A stretch of DNA of 62,941 nucleotides, counting the filler, from Chiloscyllium plagiosum (lineage: Eukaryota): the NCBI RefSeq assembly GCF_004010195.1. It is 3 parts of one record of this genome, joined end to end, with 100 filler letters (N's around TTAATTAATTAA, not from the genome) between each part and the next. Parts side by side here need not be neighbours in the genome. Positions count along the whole stretch, not along the records: positions 1 to 22,960 come from NC_057717.1; positions 23,061 to 38,123 come from NC_057717.1; 1 more part is not named here. One strand, written 5' to 3'. The stretch's first letter is position 1; each line of letters begins with the position of its first letter. The notes under the pieces were generated by a model. That model saw only the letters and a program-made list of their open reading frames with translations, ran no database searches and was not told the DNA's origin. A program made the position numbers and the translations under genes. This document shows, in pieces, positions 11,961 through 24,294 of this stretch.

Positions 11961-13324
11961 CACGTCTATATAATTAAGGACATCATATGAAACACCTTCA
12001 TAACCACTCAGGCAAAATATGAAGCAAACTTGAAAGAATTATGCCTGAAACCCTAGGTTGATCTGCTCTACAACACTACCAATGGCTCAACATTTAATTG
12101 TATATGTTTTTTTTAGTTTGTTTTACCAAAGTACAATACCTTCCATTTATCAACATTAAACTCCATCTGCAATTCTTTATCACAGTGAGTGATAATACTG
12201 GGGAAGAAAGGCTGGAAAGTAATCAGTTACCTTGTACCATTTAATGGTTTTAGGAAGACGGCAGTCACACGTTCGAGATGGGAAACAGTGATCGGTGTTT
12301 CAGGCCAGAAAGAATGCTCTGTCTTTGTCTCTGATGTTCAGTGTTGATATCTATTCGAGATCCTTCATAGTGCAGTGTGTGTCTGCAGGATTTCTTTCCC
12401 TCATATTGCAGACTACAGATAATAGCCATTTAAACTGGAAATAATAGCCAAGTTTTTAAAGATGTTCATGGTTTATCTCGAAGGCAGAGCACATAAACTC
12501 GACATCCTACAGTTGAGGCAAGTACCATGCATTTTTTAACAACGTTGTTATTTTAACTGGGTAATTCAGTAAAGTGAACCAGATATCAATGAATCCACAT
12601 CGATCTGTAAGCTGGCATTTAAAGTTAAAAGTTTAGGCATGGTTTAGATCTTGTGTAGTCGGTAGTATCCCTGTCTCTGAGGCAGAGCTCTGGATTCTAT
12701 TCCAATTCCTGAACATGTCTGGTAGTGTCCCTAGCTCGAGACCAGATTGTCTGGATTCAGGTGCAGCATGTCAGAGCAGGCTGATAAATAAACACACAGG
12801 AGATTTATGTTGCAACATTTGGGGCTATTGTGGAGTGGTGGGAGTGCCCCTCCCTCTGGTCCCAAAGGGTTAGGTTCTAATCCTACGAGAGGTGTTTTAT
12901 AATATGTCTGAATGCGTTGACTAAAATGATTCTAAAATTGTGGTTTGATTGAGATGGAAGGGGTGTCAGTTTTGAATTTCAGAATTTAAGCCCCGGATGA
13001 CTGACCGCACTGAACCTGGGTGGGAGTCACATTTGCACCTGCTAAATGTTTATAAATTCATGAAGTGCATGGATAGGTGGTGAGTAGTGAAGATCTTTTC
13101 CCCATGCTTGGACGTCCAAAATTAGAAGGCGTAGAATTAATTTGAGAGGGGAAAGATTTTAAAGTGACCTCGGGGAACGTTTTCACTCAGAAAGTGGAGT
13201 ATGTACATAATGAACTGCCAGAAGTAGTGGTGGAGGTTGGTATAATTACAACATTTAAAATACAACCAAATGGGTATATTAATAGGTAGGGTTTAGAGTG
13301 ATATGGGCTAATTGCTGACAAATA

Positions 13325-13585
13325 GATTAGATCACCAACCCTCTGAAGAGTTACCCACCCAGACCCATCTCATCACATTTAACTCTGATTAATGCACCTG
13401 ACATTATGTGCACGTTTGCATGGCCTATTCACATAACCTGCACAACTTTGGACTGTGGGAGGAAACCACGCAGACACAACGAGAATGTGCAAACTCCACA
13501 CAGTCAATCAGCTGTGCCAGCAATCAAACCCAGATCCCTGGCACTGTGAGGCAGTAGTGCTAACCACTGAGCCACTGCACCGCCC
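13325..13585 (-). mobile_element. HE1-type V-SINE inserted in a CR1 3' fragment (~13040-13670)
   Basis: A box TGGCTCAGTGGTTAGCACT, V domain, ATCTA tail. Confidence 0.85.
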
Positions 13586-13852
13586 AAAGTAGGGCACGAT
13601 TAATATCAGAAATCAGGTTGTCATGTACGAGTTGGTCAAAAGTGTTTGCTTCCGTGCTGAACAACTCTAAGGTTCATCAAGCCATTTGATCTCGGTCCCT
13701 GTGTAATATTCATTGTCCCGTATATAGCCAAACTTGGCTTCATCCACAATCTTTCTAACCACGCCTTCTATAATTCTCATCTGAATCAGTTGCATAAATG
13801 TCAAACAAAAATGGATTGAGCACAAGTCCCTGTGGAACACCACTGTGCACAG

Positions 13853-14076
13853 TGTCACAACGCTGGTACCTTTTCGCTAAAAGCTTCCTTTTCTCACAGA
13901 TACTGTGCCCTTGATTTTTTTTGAAGGCGTCGTAAATATTTCCCGGCTCCAAGGTGACTGGTTTGGTACAGAGATTAAACGGTTTTGTGATTAAAGGTAT
14001 AATGAAAGGGGAGTGGTCAGCTCTCGAGGTGAGCAGTTCTGTCCAGAACCAGTTTGTAGTTCAGCTGTGTGGACAG

Positions 14077-14138
<62 letters not shown>

Positions 14139-14442
14139 CTTCTGCCCTTCTAACTTTAACCTGTAATCATTTGTTTCCATTTGTATTGTTTTTAAGGTGG
14201 GTTTGCTTATTGGGATGGTTGTGTACTTCCATAACAGCTAATTAAGTCTAGTTTGAATAGATTGAGTTCTGTAGGGGTTCTTTATTCTGTTCTTTGTGTT
14301 TCATTGTGTAGTTTTCTGACTATTGTTTGACTATGTTAAAACCTGATAATTTTCACTGTGCACTTATTGAAACAAATTACAAAGTTATAGTCTGCGCTGC
14401 CTGCTCAAGAATATTTTGAGTGGTCTGGCCTAGTCCATAACA
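13853..14442. mobile_element. Solo LTR (590 bp) with a 4-bp TSD, inserted in a minus-strand CR1 RT fragment
   Basis: Begins TGTCAC and ends ATAACA; ACAG on both sides (13849-13852, 14443-14446); removing it restores the CR1 DWRPV/SGVPQG sequence; internal (CT)n at ~14080-14126. Confidence 0.8.
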
Positions 14443-14502
14443 ACAGGCCTCCAGTCTGAAAAGCATCTGTCCTCGATAATGCGGTCTTCTGCTATTAGGT
14501 AA

Positions 14503-15125
14503 ACACACATACACACGCACCCAGACACACACACAGAAACACACACGCACAGATGCACATAGACAGATACACACACAACGACACACACACAGAGATAGAC
14601 AGACATGTGCGCACGCACAGACGCACACACGGAGACAACACATGCACACAGACACACATGGATGCACAAAGGAATATACACACACCGACATACACACACA
14701 CGCTCAGACACACACACAGATACACATGTGCATGCGCATGCTGCACACACACACATCTTAGTGTCTTTAGGATATAACTCGATCAGGTGTGATTCAAGAT
14801 GGGCTCAAGGCTTGTTGTGCGAGGGTAGTAGAACTGTCTTGAAAAACGTGTCAGCCATGATCAATAGTTCAGTAGACTGGATGGACCAAATGGCCTTTTT
14901 ACTGCTTTAATTTTGTCGGCTCTATGGTATGTGCATTTGTCTGTGATAGTGTGTGTATTTGCATGTGCGTGTGTCCGTGTTTTGTGTGTCTGTGTTTTTG
15001 TGAAGTTGAGTGTGTCTGTGTGTGCACGTCTATGTGTGCGTTTGAGTGTGTCTGTGTGTGTGTATGTCTCTGTGTGTCTTTGAGTTTATATATGTTTCTG
15101 TGTGTGTGTCTGCATATGTTTGTGC
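14503..15125. repeat. Degenerate (CA)n tract (14503-14755) and (TG)n tract (14925-15125)
   Basis: Read directly; these tracts generate the Cys/Val- and His/Thr-rich spurious ORFs. Confidence 0.85.
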
Positions 15126-15399
15126 TCCTCATTACTTTTTGAAATGGAAATATCAATGTACATTTTTGTAATGTCTACACTGTTTGTCGTTCATCTTTCC
15201 ATCATAGCTTGAGGAACTTTGTTTTAGTAATGAATTTGTTATTTTAACAGATGAAGGAAATCTACATGACTTCTTCCTAGGACGACTCTGACCCAATGTG
15301 AGACCTATATTATAAGCCATATCATCAAACTGGTAACACCGATAATTTGCTGTGACCAATGGAGGAGGGGCAGTAGAAAATAAAACAGTTACTCAACAA

Positions 15400-16995
15400 C
15401 CCAGGGAACTCTGGACCGGTGAGCCGGATATCAGAGGTGGGTGAGTGGTTGGAGGGGATTCTGAGGGATAGCCAATTGCATGCATGTTCAAACGCAAGGA
15501 TTGATTGGGAATAGTTACCGTGGCTTTTTGCATGAGAAATCGTGTCACACTAATTTGACTGAGTATGGTAAAGAGGTGACAAAGCAGATTGATGAAGGTA
15601 GTGTTGTAGATGTTTTCATATAGACTGCAGCAAGTTCTTCGACAAGATTCTGCATATTGGGCAAGTTAGTAAAGTCAGGTCACATGGGAACCAGCGCACC
15701 CAAGCCAATTGAATAAAAAAAAAGATTGAAGGAAGGCGATAGAGGTTGGTAGAGGATTGCTTTTCAGACTAGAGGCCTGTGAACAGTAGTGTGCCACAAG
15801 GATCAGTGCTGAGCCCACTGCTCTTCGTCAATTAAAAAAAAAACGATGTGGATGTGACCATAGGTGGTAAGGGTAGCAAGTTTGAAGATTACACCAAAAT
15901 CTTTCGTGTTGTGGGTAATGAAGAAAATTATCTCAGAGTGCAATGAGACCTCGATCAGATGGGACAATGGGCTGACGAGTGGCAGATGGTGTTTAATTCA
16001 GATAAATGTGAAGTGCTGCATTTTGGGGAGAAAATCGGTGTACTTAATGGAAATTTATTGGAGGATGTTGCTGAGCAACGAGAGAGAGAGAGAGATGTAG
16101 GTGCAACGCTCCTTCAAAGTGAATAGAATAGTGAACAATGTGTTTGGCATGTTTGCCTTCATTGGTCAGAGCATTGAGTTCCGGAGTTGGGATGAGATTC
16201 GGAGTTGGGATGTCATGTTACAGATGTACAGGGTATCAGTGAGGCCACATTTTGGAATACTGTGTGCAGTTCTGGTCTCCCTGCTGTACGAAGGTTGCTG
16301 TGAAACTTGAAAGGGTTCAGCAAGGATTTATAAGGATGTTGCCAGGTTTGGAGAGTTTGAGCTATAAGCAGAGGCTGAATGGGCTAAAGCGGTTTTCCCT
16401 GCAGAATTACGGGCTTAGGGTTGAACTTATAGAGGTTTATAAAATCTTAAGGGGCATGGACTTTGTCAATAGATAAGGTGTATTTCTCAAAATAGGAGAT
16501 TCCAAAAATAGAGGGTATAGGTTTAAGGTGCGAGGGGAAATATTTTAAATGGAACTTAGAGGCAATGATTTCATACAGAGGGAGGTCTGCATCTGGAATT
16601 ATCTGCCAGAGGAAGTGGTGGAGTCTGGCATCTTCATGGGTAACTGAATAATGAGCCAAATGCTGGCAAATCAGATGCGATCAGATTGGGATGTCTGGTC
16701 AGCACGGACAAAGTTGCGTGCTATATGACTCCATAAGAGGGATGAGGAGACATTCTAAACAGGCATTTTAAGTGGGAATTCTCTTCCCCACAAGTTTGAG
16801 ATGCCTCATTGTTTACATTGATTCAAAGCTGAGTTAGTTGAATATTTGACAGAGAAGTGAGTCATGGATAAGGGGATACAGTCAGGGAAGTGGGGCTGTG
16901 ATAATAACCTGATCAGCCACAATCTTAGAGTCTGGTGGAGAAGGCTCAAAGTGTCTAATGGCCCACTCCTGCTACTCAGTTCCATGTTTCTGTGT
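15400..16995 (+). mobile_element. CR1/HER1 LINE RT to 3' end (~15400-16735), followed by a second CR1-type 3' end
   Basis: VPQGSVLSPLLF and EYCVQFWSP..LERVQQGFIRMLPG motifs; CR1 tails. Confidence 0.85.
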
Positions 16996-17953
16996 TCTAT
17001 TCAGTTCCTCAAACCTGCTAGACAGGAGCAGTTAGGGGCTACTTACTGCGATACCCTGGTGCATAGAAACACAGGAGACCATTCAGCCCTTCAAAACTGT
17101 CCCGCACACTTTGGTCTGGTTTGGAAAATGTAATTGAAAAGACCAGGCTGGGTATGAAAGAGGTCGCTCATCTCTCTTTACAGAGCTTCCCCGCTCTGTA
17201 ACTTGCACTTCATTTGTTGGTCATGTTGTAGACCCAGTTTCACTGTGAATACAGTCCCTATTCCTCAACCAGAGATGGTCAACTCAATCTAGCAACATTC
17301 AATAACAGACTTTCCAGGAAATTAACACCCTCTACTTTCCAATAATAGAATGTGAGAACCCCAGAAACAGGGATATGTCATTCATCCACACCGCCCCCCC
17401 CCCCTCCACCTCCCGCAAGCATGGCTTCACCCACAATAAGATCATAAGGTCTAATATCCTCTTTCATGTCCAATTCTTCACAGCCCTCACCACTGACTGG
17501 TCAAAAAGCACTCACTGCCCCACACTGTGTCCTATTGATATGAGCAAAAGACGTGAACACAAGGCCTCAGGGAAGTGTGACCGGCACTGACATCAAGGCA
17601 GCAATTAACTAAGGACGGGCTCAAAGAGCCTGAGCAGGATTGCACTTAATGGGAATGAGTTGTAAACTTCCCTGTTTAGAGTCATTTAAAGCATAACGCA
17701 CAATGATTGTGGTTTGTGTACAAAAATCCATGCAGTCCTGGACATGTCTGCAAAAGATCCTCAAGGTAGCTTCCTCAGCACAAACATCTTCAGCTGCTTC
17801 ATAAATGTCTTGCCTNNNNNNNNNNNNNNNNNNNNNNNNNNNNNNNNNNNNNNNNNNNNNNNNNNNNNNNNNNNNNNNNNNNNNNNNNNNNNNNNNNNNN
17901 NNNNNNNNNNNNNNNNNNNNNNNNNNNNNNNNNNNNNNNNNNNNNNNNNNNNN

Positions 17954-18090
17954 GAGCACCCGGAGGAAACCCACGCAGACACGGGGAGAACGTGCAAACT
18001 CCACACAGTCAGTCGCCTGAGTCGGGAATTGAACCCGGGTCTCTGGCGCTGAGAGGCAACAGTGCTAACCGCTGTGCCACCGTGCCGCCC
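17954..18090 (-). mobile_element. HE1-type V-SINE, 5' half (3' part in the gap)
   Basis: GGGCGGCACGGTGGCACAGCGGTTAGCACTG head, B box, V domain. Confidence 0.9.
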
Positions 18091-19724
18091 ACAAAGTGTG
18101 ACCGGCCCTGACATCAAGGCAGCAATTAACTAAGGACGGGCTCAAAGAGTCTGAGCAGGATTGCACTTAATGGGAATGAGTTGTAAACTTCCCTGGTTAG
18201 AGTGATTTAAAGCATAACGCACAATGATTGTGGTTTGTGTACAAAAATCCATGCAGTCCTGGACATGTCTGCAAAAGATCCTCAAGGTAGCTTCCTCAGC
18301 ACAAACATCTTTAGCTGCTTCATAAATGTCTTGCCTACACCATAAGATTAAAAGTGGGGGTGTTCACTGAAGGTCACACAATATTCAGGAAAGATGCCCC
18401 CCTTCAGCTCCTGAACTAGTCTGTGTCCATGTGCAGCAAGACCAAGACAACATTCAGGCTTGTGCTGTTGGAAATCTCGGTAACATTCATGTAAACGTGC
18501 TGCTGGACACCGCACATTTCCACAGTTAAAAGGAGGAGATTATTCAACTCCTCACGGTAGCTTCACAGGAATATGAGGAAGTCATTCAGCTTAATTAAAT
18601 TATTGGAGAAGTGTAGAGATAGCCCATTTAGTGCCTCCACCCAATTACACAGGAAGAGAAGGAATCACGTGTTATGGACGACAGCAGAGCTCCTCAAAAA
18701 AATTTGAAGGTGTTGACCTAGACGCTATTAATAATTAAGTGTTCTGGTACAGTAATATCCAATAAACATGTACTTGGCAAAAAAGAAAGATCAGACACAG
18801 ATTCTGAGATGCAGTTCTCCAATCTAGGAGGGAAAACAAATCTCGTGAAAATTTAGAGAGAGTTGCAGCCAGGAGACTTCCACTGAAGCTTCCAACTCTG
18901 TGGAGACCCCAATAGCTTCTGATTTTACTGAGAAACCAAAACCCCTCCTGCAACGTGGCTGCCAGAACTTCACACAGTATTCTATCTATGGCCTAACCAA
19001 TGGCATGTTTAACTCATATTATGTCGCCTCGATGAATACACACTATGCCTACATTCCCGTGTGATTTCTTAACTGGCTATTACACTGTCCAGTGACATTC
19101 AGGGATGTGTGGAGAAACACCCTCTGACGTCCCTGTTCTGTTATTCATTGAATTCTCCCCATTCCAATTATATTTTTCTGTAAAATAAGGCCTTCCTCCT
19201 CACTGCCAACCACCTGACCAATCTTTGTGTCAAACACAAAATTACTTATTATGCTCAGCCCCCACCACCCCCTCCACATTCGCATTTACATCATTTATGA
19301 ATACCCCAAATAATTTGATACACTGCGCTGCTCGCTGTGTACACCACGAGACACTGGTCTATCTATACCACATTTCCAGTAACTTGGGACCACATAGCTG
19401 TTCTCCAGTCCTCTAGCACCTCCCCTGTGTGGTCAGATTTGACTAAAACATTTAAGTCAGGACATTTGCTCTCTTGTCTCCAACAGCATCCTGCGATACA
19501 ACTCATCTGGGCTTTACAATATCCAAAACCATCAATCACAGCTTGCATCTTATATCAATTTGTTCGAGAGCTTCCCAGTCCATCTTCTTGAATTCTGGAC
19601 CTGCATCTTCCTTATCCTAACTAAAACAGATGTGATGCTCTCGTGTTACAGTCTATCAATGTTCCCCAGTTTCACATACTGATTACCCCCTTGGTTTCGA
19701 AATGGATCCTAATTTTTCCCTGGT

Positions 19725-22700
19725 TATTCAGCAACGGAGGAGACCTGAACCATGCTGGAACTGATCTCAGCCAAGCTGCAGAAGCATGACCAGGAGATCC
19801 AGCATCTCGGGCCACATGTCGTGGAAGTGAAAGAGTGGACTGCGGCTTTGGAAACCATGGCAGAATCCTCAGCGGGTCGGGTCCAAGCCCTAGAATGGTA
19901 GGTACAGGCCTTAGTAGAGCAGGTCGAGGACCTCAAAAATTGGAGCCGTCAGAAGAACATCAGCTTGGTCGGGCTGCCGGAATGGAACAAGAAAGCCAGC
20001 TCGTCAACTTCTTGGAACAATGGCTCACACAATTTTTGAAACTGGAAGTCAGGGCAGACTGGGTGCGGGTCGAGCGGGCCCACCGGATCGCAGTGTGCAG
20101 GCCCGGATCGGACGAGCATCCCTGTCCGGTCCTTGTGCAACTCCAGCACGTTATAGAAAAACAGGTGATGGAAGCTTCTTGGGTCGTACAGTTAAGGGGA
20201 GACTTTAACTGACGTGTGGACCCCGAGGTGGATAGGATGTCGAAGGGTATCGGAGGTCTTTCCCCGCCACCCAGGCAGCTGGTGGACCTGAACAGGTAGC
20301 TGGGTTGGTGGATGTGTGAGATGTATTCACCCTGAAGATAGGGACTTCACGTTTTTTTCTAACAAACATAAATGCTATACTAGGATTGACATGTTGTTTG
20401 CCCATTGGTCTTTTTTAATTCGACGCTGTCCTTCAGAATTGGGAACCATTTCTGATCATGTGGCAGTGTACATGGAGGTCAAGCATGGTGGCGAAGGGCC
20501 AGGCTCACGGCACTGGCATGTGGATCCTTTCCTCCTGAAGAACTGCAAATTCATTGAGTATTTTTCGGGAGAGTTTAATTTTTTTTGGAACATGAACTTG
20601 TGCACGACCAGTAATCCGACGGTGCTCTGGGAGACTGACAAAGCCTATACAAGGGATTTGATTATTTCTTACTCAGTGACTCAGAAGCGGCAGAAGGGAG
20701 AACAGCAGCGTATGCTTGAGGCTGGGCTGAAGAGAGCTGATACACCATGTTTTGTCAGACCGTCTATAACTTAATTGCAGCAGATTGCAGCCCTCCGGAC
20801 TGCTCTGAATGCTGCATTCGCCCAGAGAGCAACGAGAGAGATTTCCTTTGCGAAACAGAAGGTANNNNNNNNNNNNNNNNNNNNNNNNNNNNNNNNNNNN
20901 NNNNNNNNNNNNNNNNNNNNNNNNNNNNNNNNNNNNNNNNNNNNNNNNNNNNNNNNNNNNNNNNNNNNNNNNNNNNNNNNNNNNNNNNNNNNNNNNNNNN
21001 NNNNNNNNNNNNNNNNNNNNNNNNNNNNNNNNNNNNNNNNNNNNNNNNNNNNNNNNNNNNNNNNNNNNNNNNNNNNNNNNNNNNNNNNNNNNNNNNNNNN
21101 NNNNNNNNNNNNNNNNNNNNNNNNNNNNNNNNNNNNNNNNNNNNNNNNNNNNNNNNNNNNNNCTGCTATTATCACCCGCGATCCCAAATAGATTAATGCA
21201 GCGTTCAGGAAGTTCTACTCTGGGATGTTCCAGTCAGTGGGCTGGGAGGACTGATTGGCGACGATGGAGTCCTTTATTAAGAATTTGGACCTCTCAGGTG
21301 TAAGAGCAGAGCAGGCGTCTCTTTAGACTGCCGCTGTGATAATCAGAGAGATACAGGAGACACTGAGGCAGCTCCAGAGTGGTAAAGCCCCCGGCCCAGA
21401 TGGATGTTTGGAGTGAGACTTAGAAGGAGTTCATAGACATGTTGGCTGGGCCAGTGTTGGATATGTACAATTATTCGTACAGTCAGGACTGCCTCCCATC
21501 CTCTCTGGGAGAAGGAAATATTCATCTTATTCTCAAGAGAGGGAAAGTCCCAGAGGATTGCACTTTGTATGTGCCTATTTCATTATTAAACGTGGACTTT
21601 AAAATTTTGTCGAAAATGCTGGCTTTGAAGGTCCATCGTGAAAGAGGACCATTTTTATTAGGGGCCGTAGGTCCTCTGATAATATTAGAAAAGTGCTAAA
21701 TATGGTTCCAGAGTGCCAGCATGGTTCGATTCCAGGCTCGGTAGTCTCCCTGCATGCAGAGAAAGCACTTCAGCGGATGGAGTGGATGTGCAACTTTTAT
21801 GTCCTTGAATGGTTTGGTCTTGGAGGGGTCTACGCCAGGTGGGTGGCAGTATTATATAGTGAACCCAAAAACAGCGAATTTCACTAATGGTATAAGATCT
21901 GACAATTTTAGTATTGATAGTGGCAGCCAACAAAGTTGCCCTCTTTCACTGTTACCATTTACATTAATGATTGAGCCATTGGCATCCGGAGGGACGCCAA
22001 TATCACTGGCAAGGAGGTAGGACCAGGAAGACATAAGATCACCCTTTAAGCAGATGGCGCTCCTCTCTTTCTAACTAACCCAATTATGTCTGTTTCCTGT
22101 TTACTACGAATGATTAATTTATTTGGATCTTTCTCAGGGTATAAAATCAATTTGATGAAATCGGAGGCCATCCCTGTTGGGGGTCTTATTAGAGTACCCG
22201 ACCTTGTGGTGGAATCTGAATCTCTTTCAGATGGTCACAAGGAGGTTTCGGTATTTTTGTCATCCAAGACTTCGATTAATTATATAAAGCTAACTTCGTG
22301 CAGTTGCTAGAGAATATAAGACAGAACCATCCAACATTCTATCTGGGTTAGCTCTAGTTAAAATGAATGTCCTTCCTTGCTTATGAGTTCTGGTTAAAAT
22401 GAATGTCCTTCCTTGTTTATGATACCCCATGCCAATGCTCCCTTTGACGCTGCCTAGGCAGGCGCTACGGAGGCTTAACAGTTGGCTTTGATATTTCATC
22501 TTGCGTCACAGATAGCCTCCTATTAACCTGGACAAATTGCAGCTTCTACAGTGAATGGGGACGTGTCGATTTTCCATAGTTTAAGAAATACTAACCAAGT
22601 TCCTTTCTTTCCGATGTGGCTGATTAGACTTGCCAGGACCCATGGTCAATTTGGCTGGACATCGAGGCCTTATAGACAAATTGTCCCATCATTAATCTGT

Positions 22701-22960
22701 TGTTCATGGACAAGATGAGGACTGTTCTGGAGAATTGCAGAAACCGATTGTCCTTAACACAGTGAAAGCATGGAGAATGATGGGACAAGTTGAGGGCACT
22801 TTACAAAACAAAAACTTCGGCTTTCACTCCCATTGTAGGATTGGTAGGATTCCAGCTGGGATTGACGGATTCTGGCTTTAGGTTCTGGGAGTCCAGATGA
22901 GTTTCCTGTTTGGGAAATTTTTTTGATAGGTCGGTCATGATGAATTTTGAGCAGCTGAGC
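19725..22960 (+). mobile_element. Degenerate L1-clade LINE (ORF1 coiled coil/RRM, APE endonuclease, RT) with an internal deletion
   Basis: EDLKNWSRQKNISLVGLPE and VERAHR (L1 ORF1); GDFN, FTFFS..YTRID and ISDH (APE); GKAPGPDG, PISLLNVDFKIL and QSCPLSLLPF (RT); many stops and frameshifts. Confidence 0.9.
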
Positions 22961-23060
22961 NNNNNNNNNNNNNNNNNNNNNNNNNNNNNNNNNNNNNNNN
23001 NNNNTTAATTAATTAANNNNNNNNNNNNNNNNNNNNNNNNNNNNNNNNNNNNNNNNNNNN
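22961..23060. other. Artificial scaffold-joining spacer
   Basis: 44 N + TTAATTAATTAA + 44 N = 100 bp; stop codons in all six frames. Confidence 0.95.
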
Positions 23061-23123
23061 ACTATCGTTATGACTATGTCATTACCCCTCAGGAACAGTA
23101 CTTGACTCTACCCCACCTCAGCA

Positions 23124-23327
23124 GAAAGCGAGGAATGCAGATGCTGGAGATCAGAGTCAAATAGTGTGGTGCTGATAAAGTGTAGCCATTCAGGCAGCAT
23201 TCGGGGAGCAGGAGAATCGATGTTGCGAGCATTCACTATGAAGAGCTTACATTTGAAACATCGACTTTCCTGTTCCTTGAATGCTGCCTTTCCAGCTGTA
23301 CTTTTCCAGTGCTACAATTTTTGACTT
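23124..23327. mobile_element. Short Penelope-derived element made of two inverted terminal (pLTR) pieces
   Basis: GAGTCAAA..GTGCTG..CAGGCAGCATTC..GGAGAATCGATGTT mirrored by AACATCGACTTTCCTG..GAATGCTGCCT..TTTTCCAG..TTGACT. Confidence 0.7.
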
Positions 23328-23947
23328 TATCCCAACTCTGCTTACCTGCTTCGGAAAATTACATACTGCATTTGTCACCATTCAGTTGATTCTTCTCTCA
23401 TGTACTTCACAGCCTGTAACATTCTATTCCTCAGAAATCTCAGATCATCCAGACCACTAAACAAAAAAAAACAAATAACTGCGGAAGCTGGAATTCTGAG
23501 ACAATAGCAATAATTGCTGGACAACCCCAGCATGATCTCAGTACAACTGATTTGTTGAAATTAAACTGCAAATAGGACAAAGAGAAAGATGCATTACAAT
23601 AACTGCCACATCCTGCTTCTCCTTTTTGTTCTGAAGTTAGTTTTTCGGATCAGGCAATTCACTCTCACCTTCGCAAGTGCTCATAGGAATGGTGGACGAA
23701 ATGCTGGCTCAGCCATTGCTGAACAAATGGAAAAAAGATACTTTTGCCATCCTAATCATTTGCTGCTCATGTGGACGACATCAATGTGATTCATATCACA
23801 AGTTAGCCAGATCCCTCTATCTTTCGAATCCTGCAACAGCTCTTTCAAATTAAAGGTTCCTCATTGATTGTTCCGGACAGATATCACAGTCTACACATTG
23901 CACTGCATTTGACAATGTTTTACCCATCACTGACTATCTCCACATCA

Positions 23948-24293
23948 CTGAATTTGAATGTCACTAACATTTCATTCACTATTTCCCTTCCAAACTACTT
24001 TCAACGTGAATATATTCAATGTTTAAAATCGCAGCCTGAACTAAATTATTTTGGAAATCCAAATATCCTTTTGTCCCTTTATTTCCCTTGTTCATTGTGT
24101 ATCAGTACCTGTCAACTTGACTGAATTTGAATGTCACTCACATTTCATTCACTATTTCCCTTCCAAACTACTTTCAACGAGAATATATTCAATGTTTAAA
24201 ATCGCAGCCTGAACTAAATTATTTTGGAAATCCAAATATCCTTTTGTCCCTTTATTTCCCTTGTTCATTGTGTATCAGTACCTGTCAACTTGA
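23948..24293. repeat. 173-bp tandem duplication (2 near-identical copies)
   Basis: 23948-24120 and 24121-24293; I see two substitutions. Confidence 0.95.
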
Positions 24294-24294
24294 A

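Noticed and set aside
12232..12412. Possible minus-strand exon (TGTAG acceptor, AAG|GTAACT donor)
   Set aside because: Weak pyrimidine tract, stop codons, and no recognisable protein.
14377..15156. Cys/Val- and His/Thr-rich ORFs; CA and TG tracts forming an apparent inverted repeat
   Set aside because: Translations of dinucleotide repeats; the complementarity is trivial for CA versus TG.
15251..15331. Possible plus-strand exon (TTTTAACAG acceptor, GTAACA donor)
   Set aside because: Stops in all frames and no paralogue or homology support.
18480..18950. Faint resemblance to a Gypsy pol linker region
   Set aside because: Too degenerate; no RT or integrase motif.
23005..23016. Palindromic TTAATTAATTAA as a regulatory or piggyBac target site
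   Set aside because: Flanked by exactly 44 N on each side and repeated at 38168; an assembly linker.
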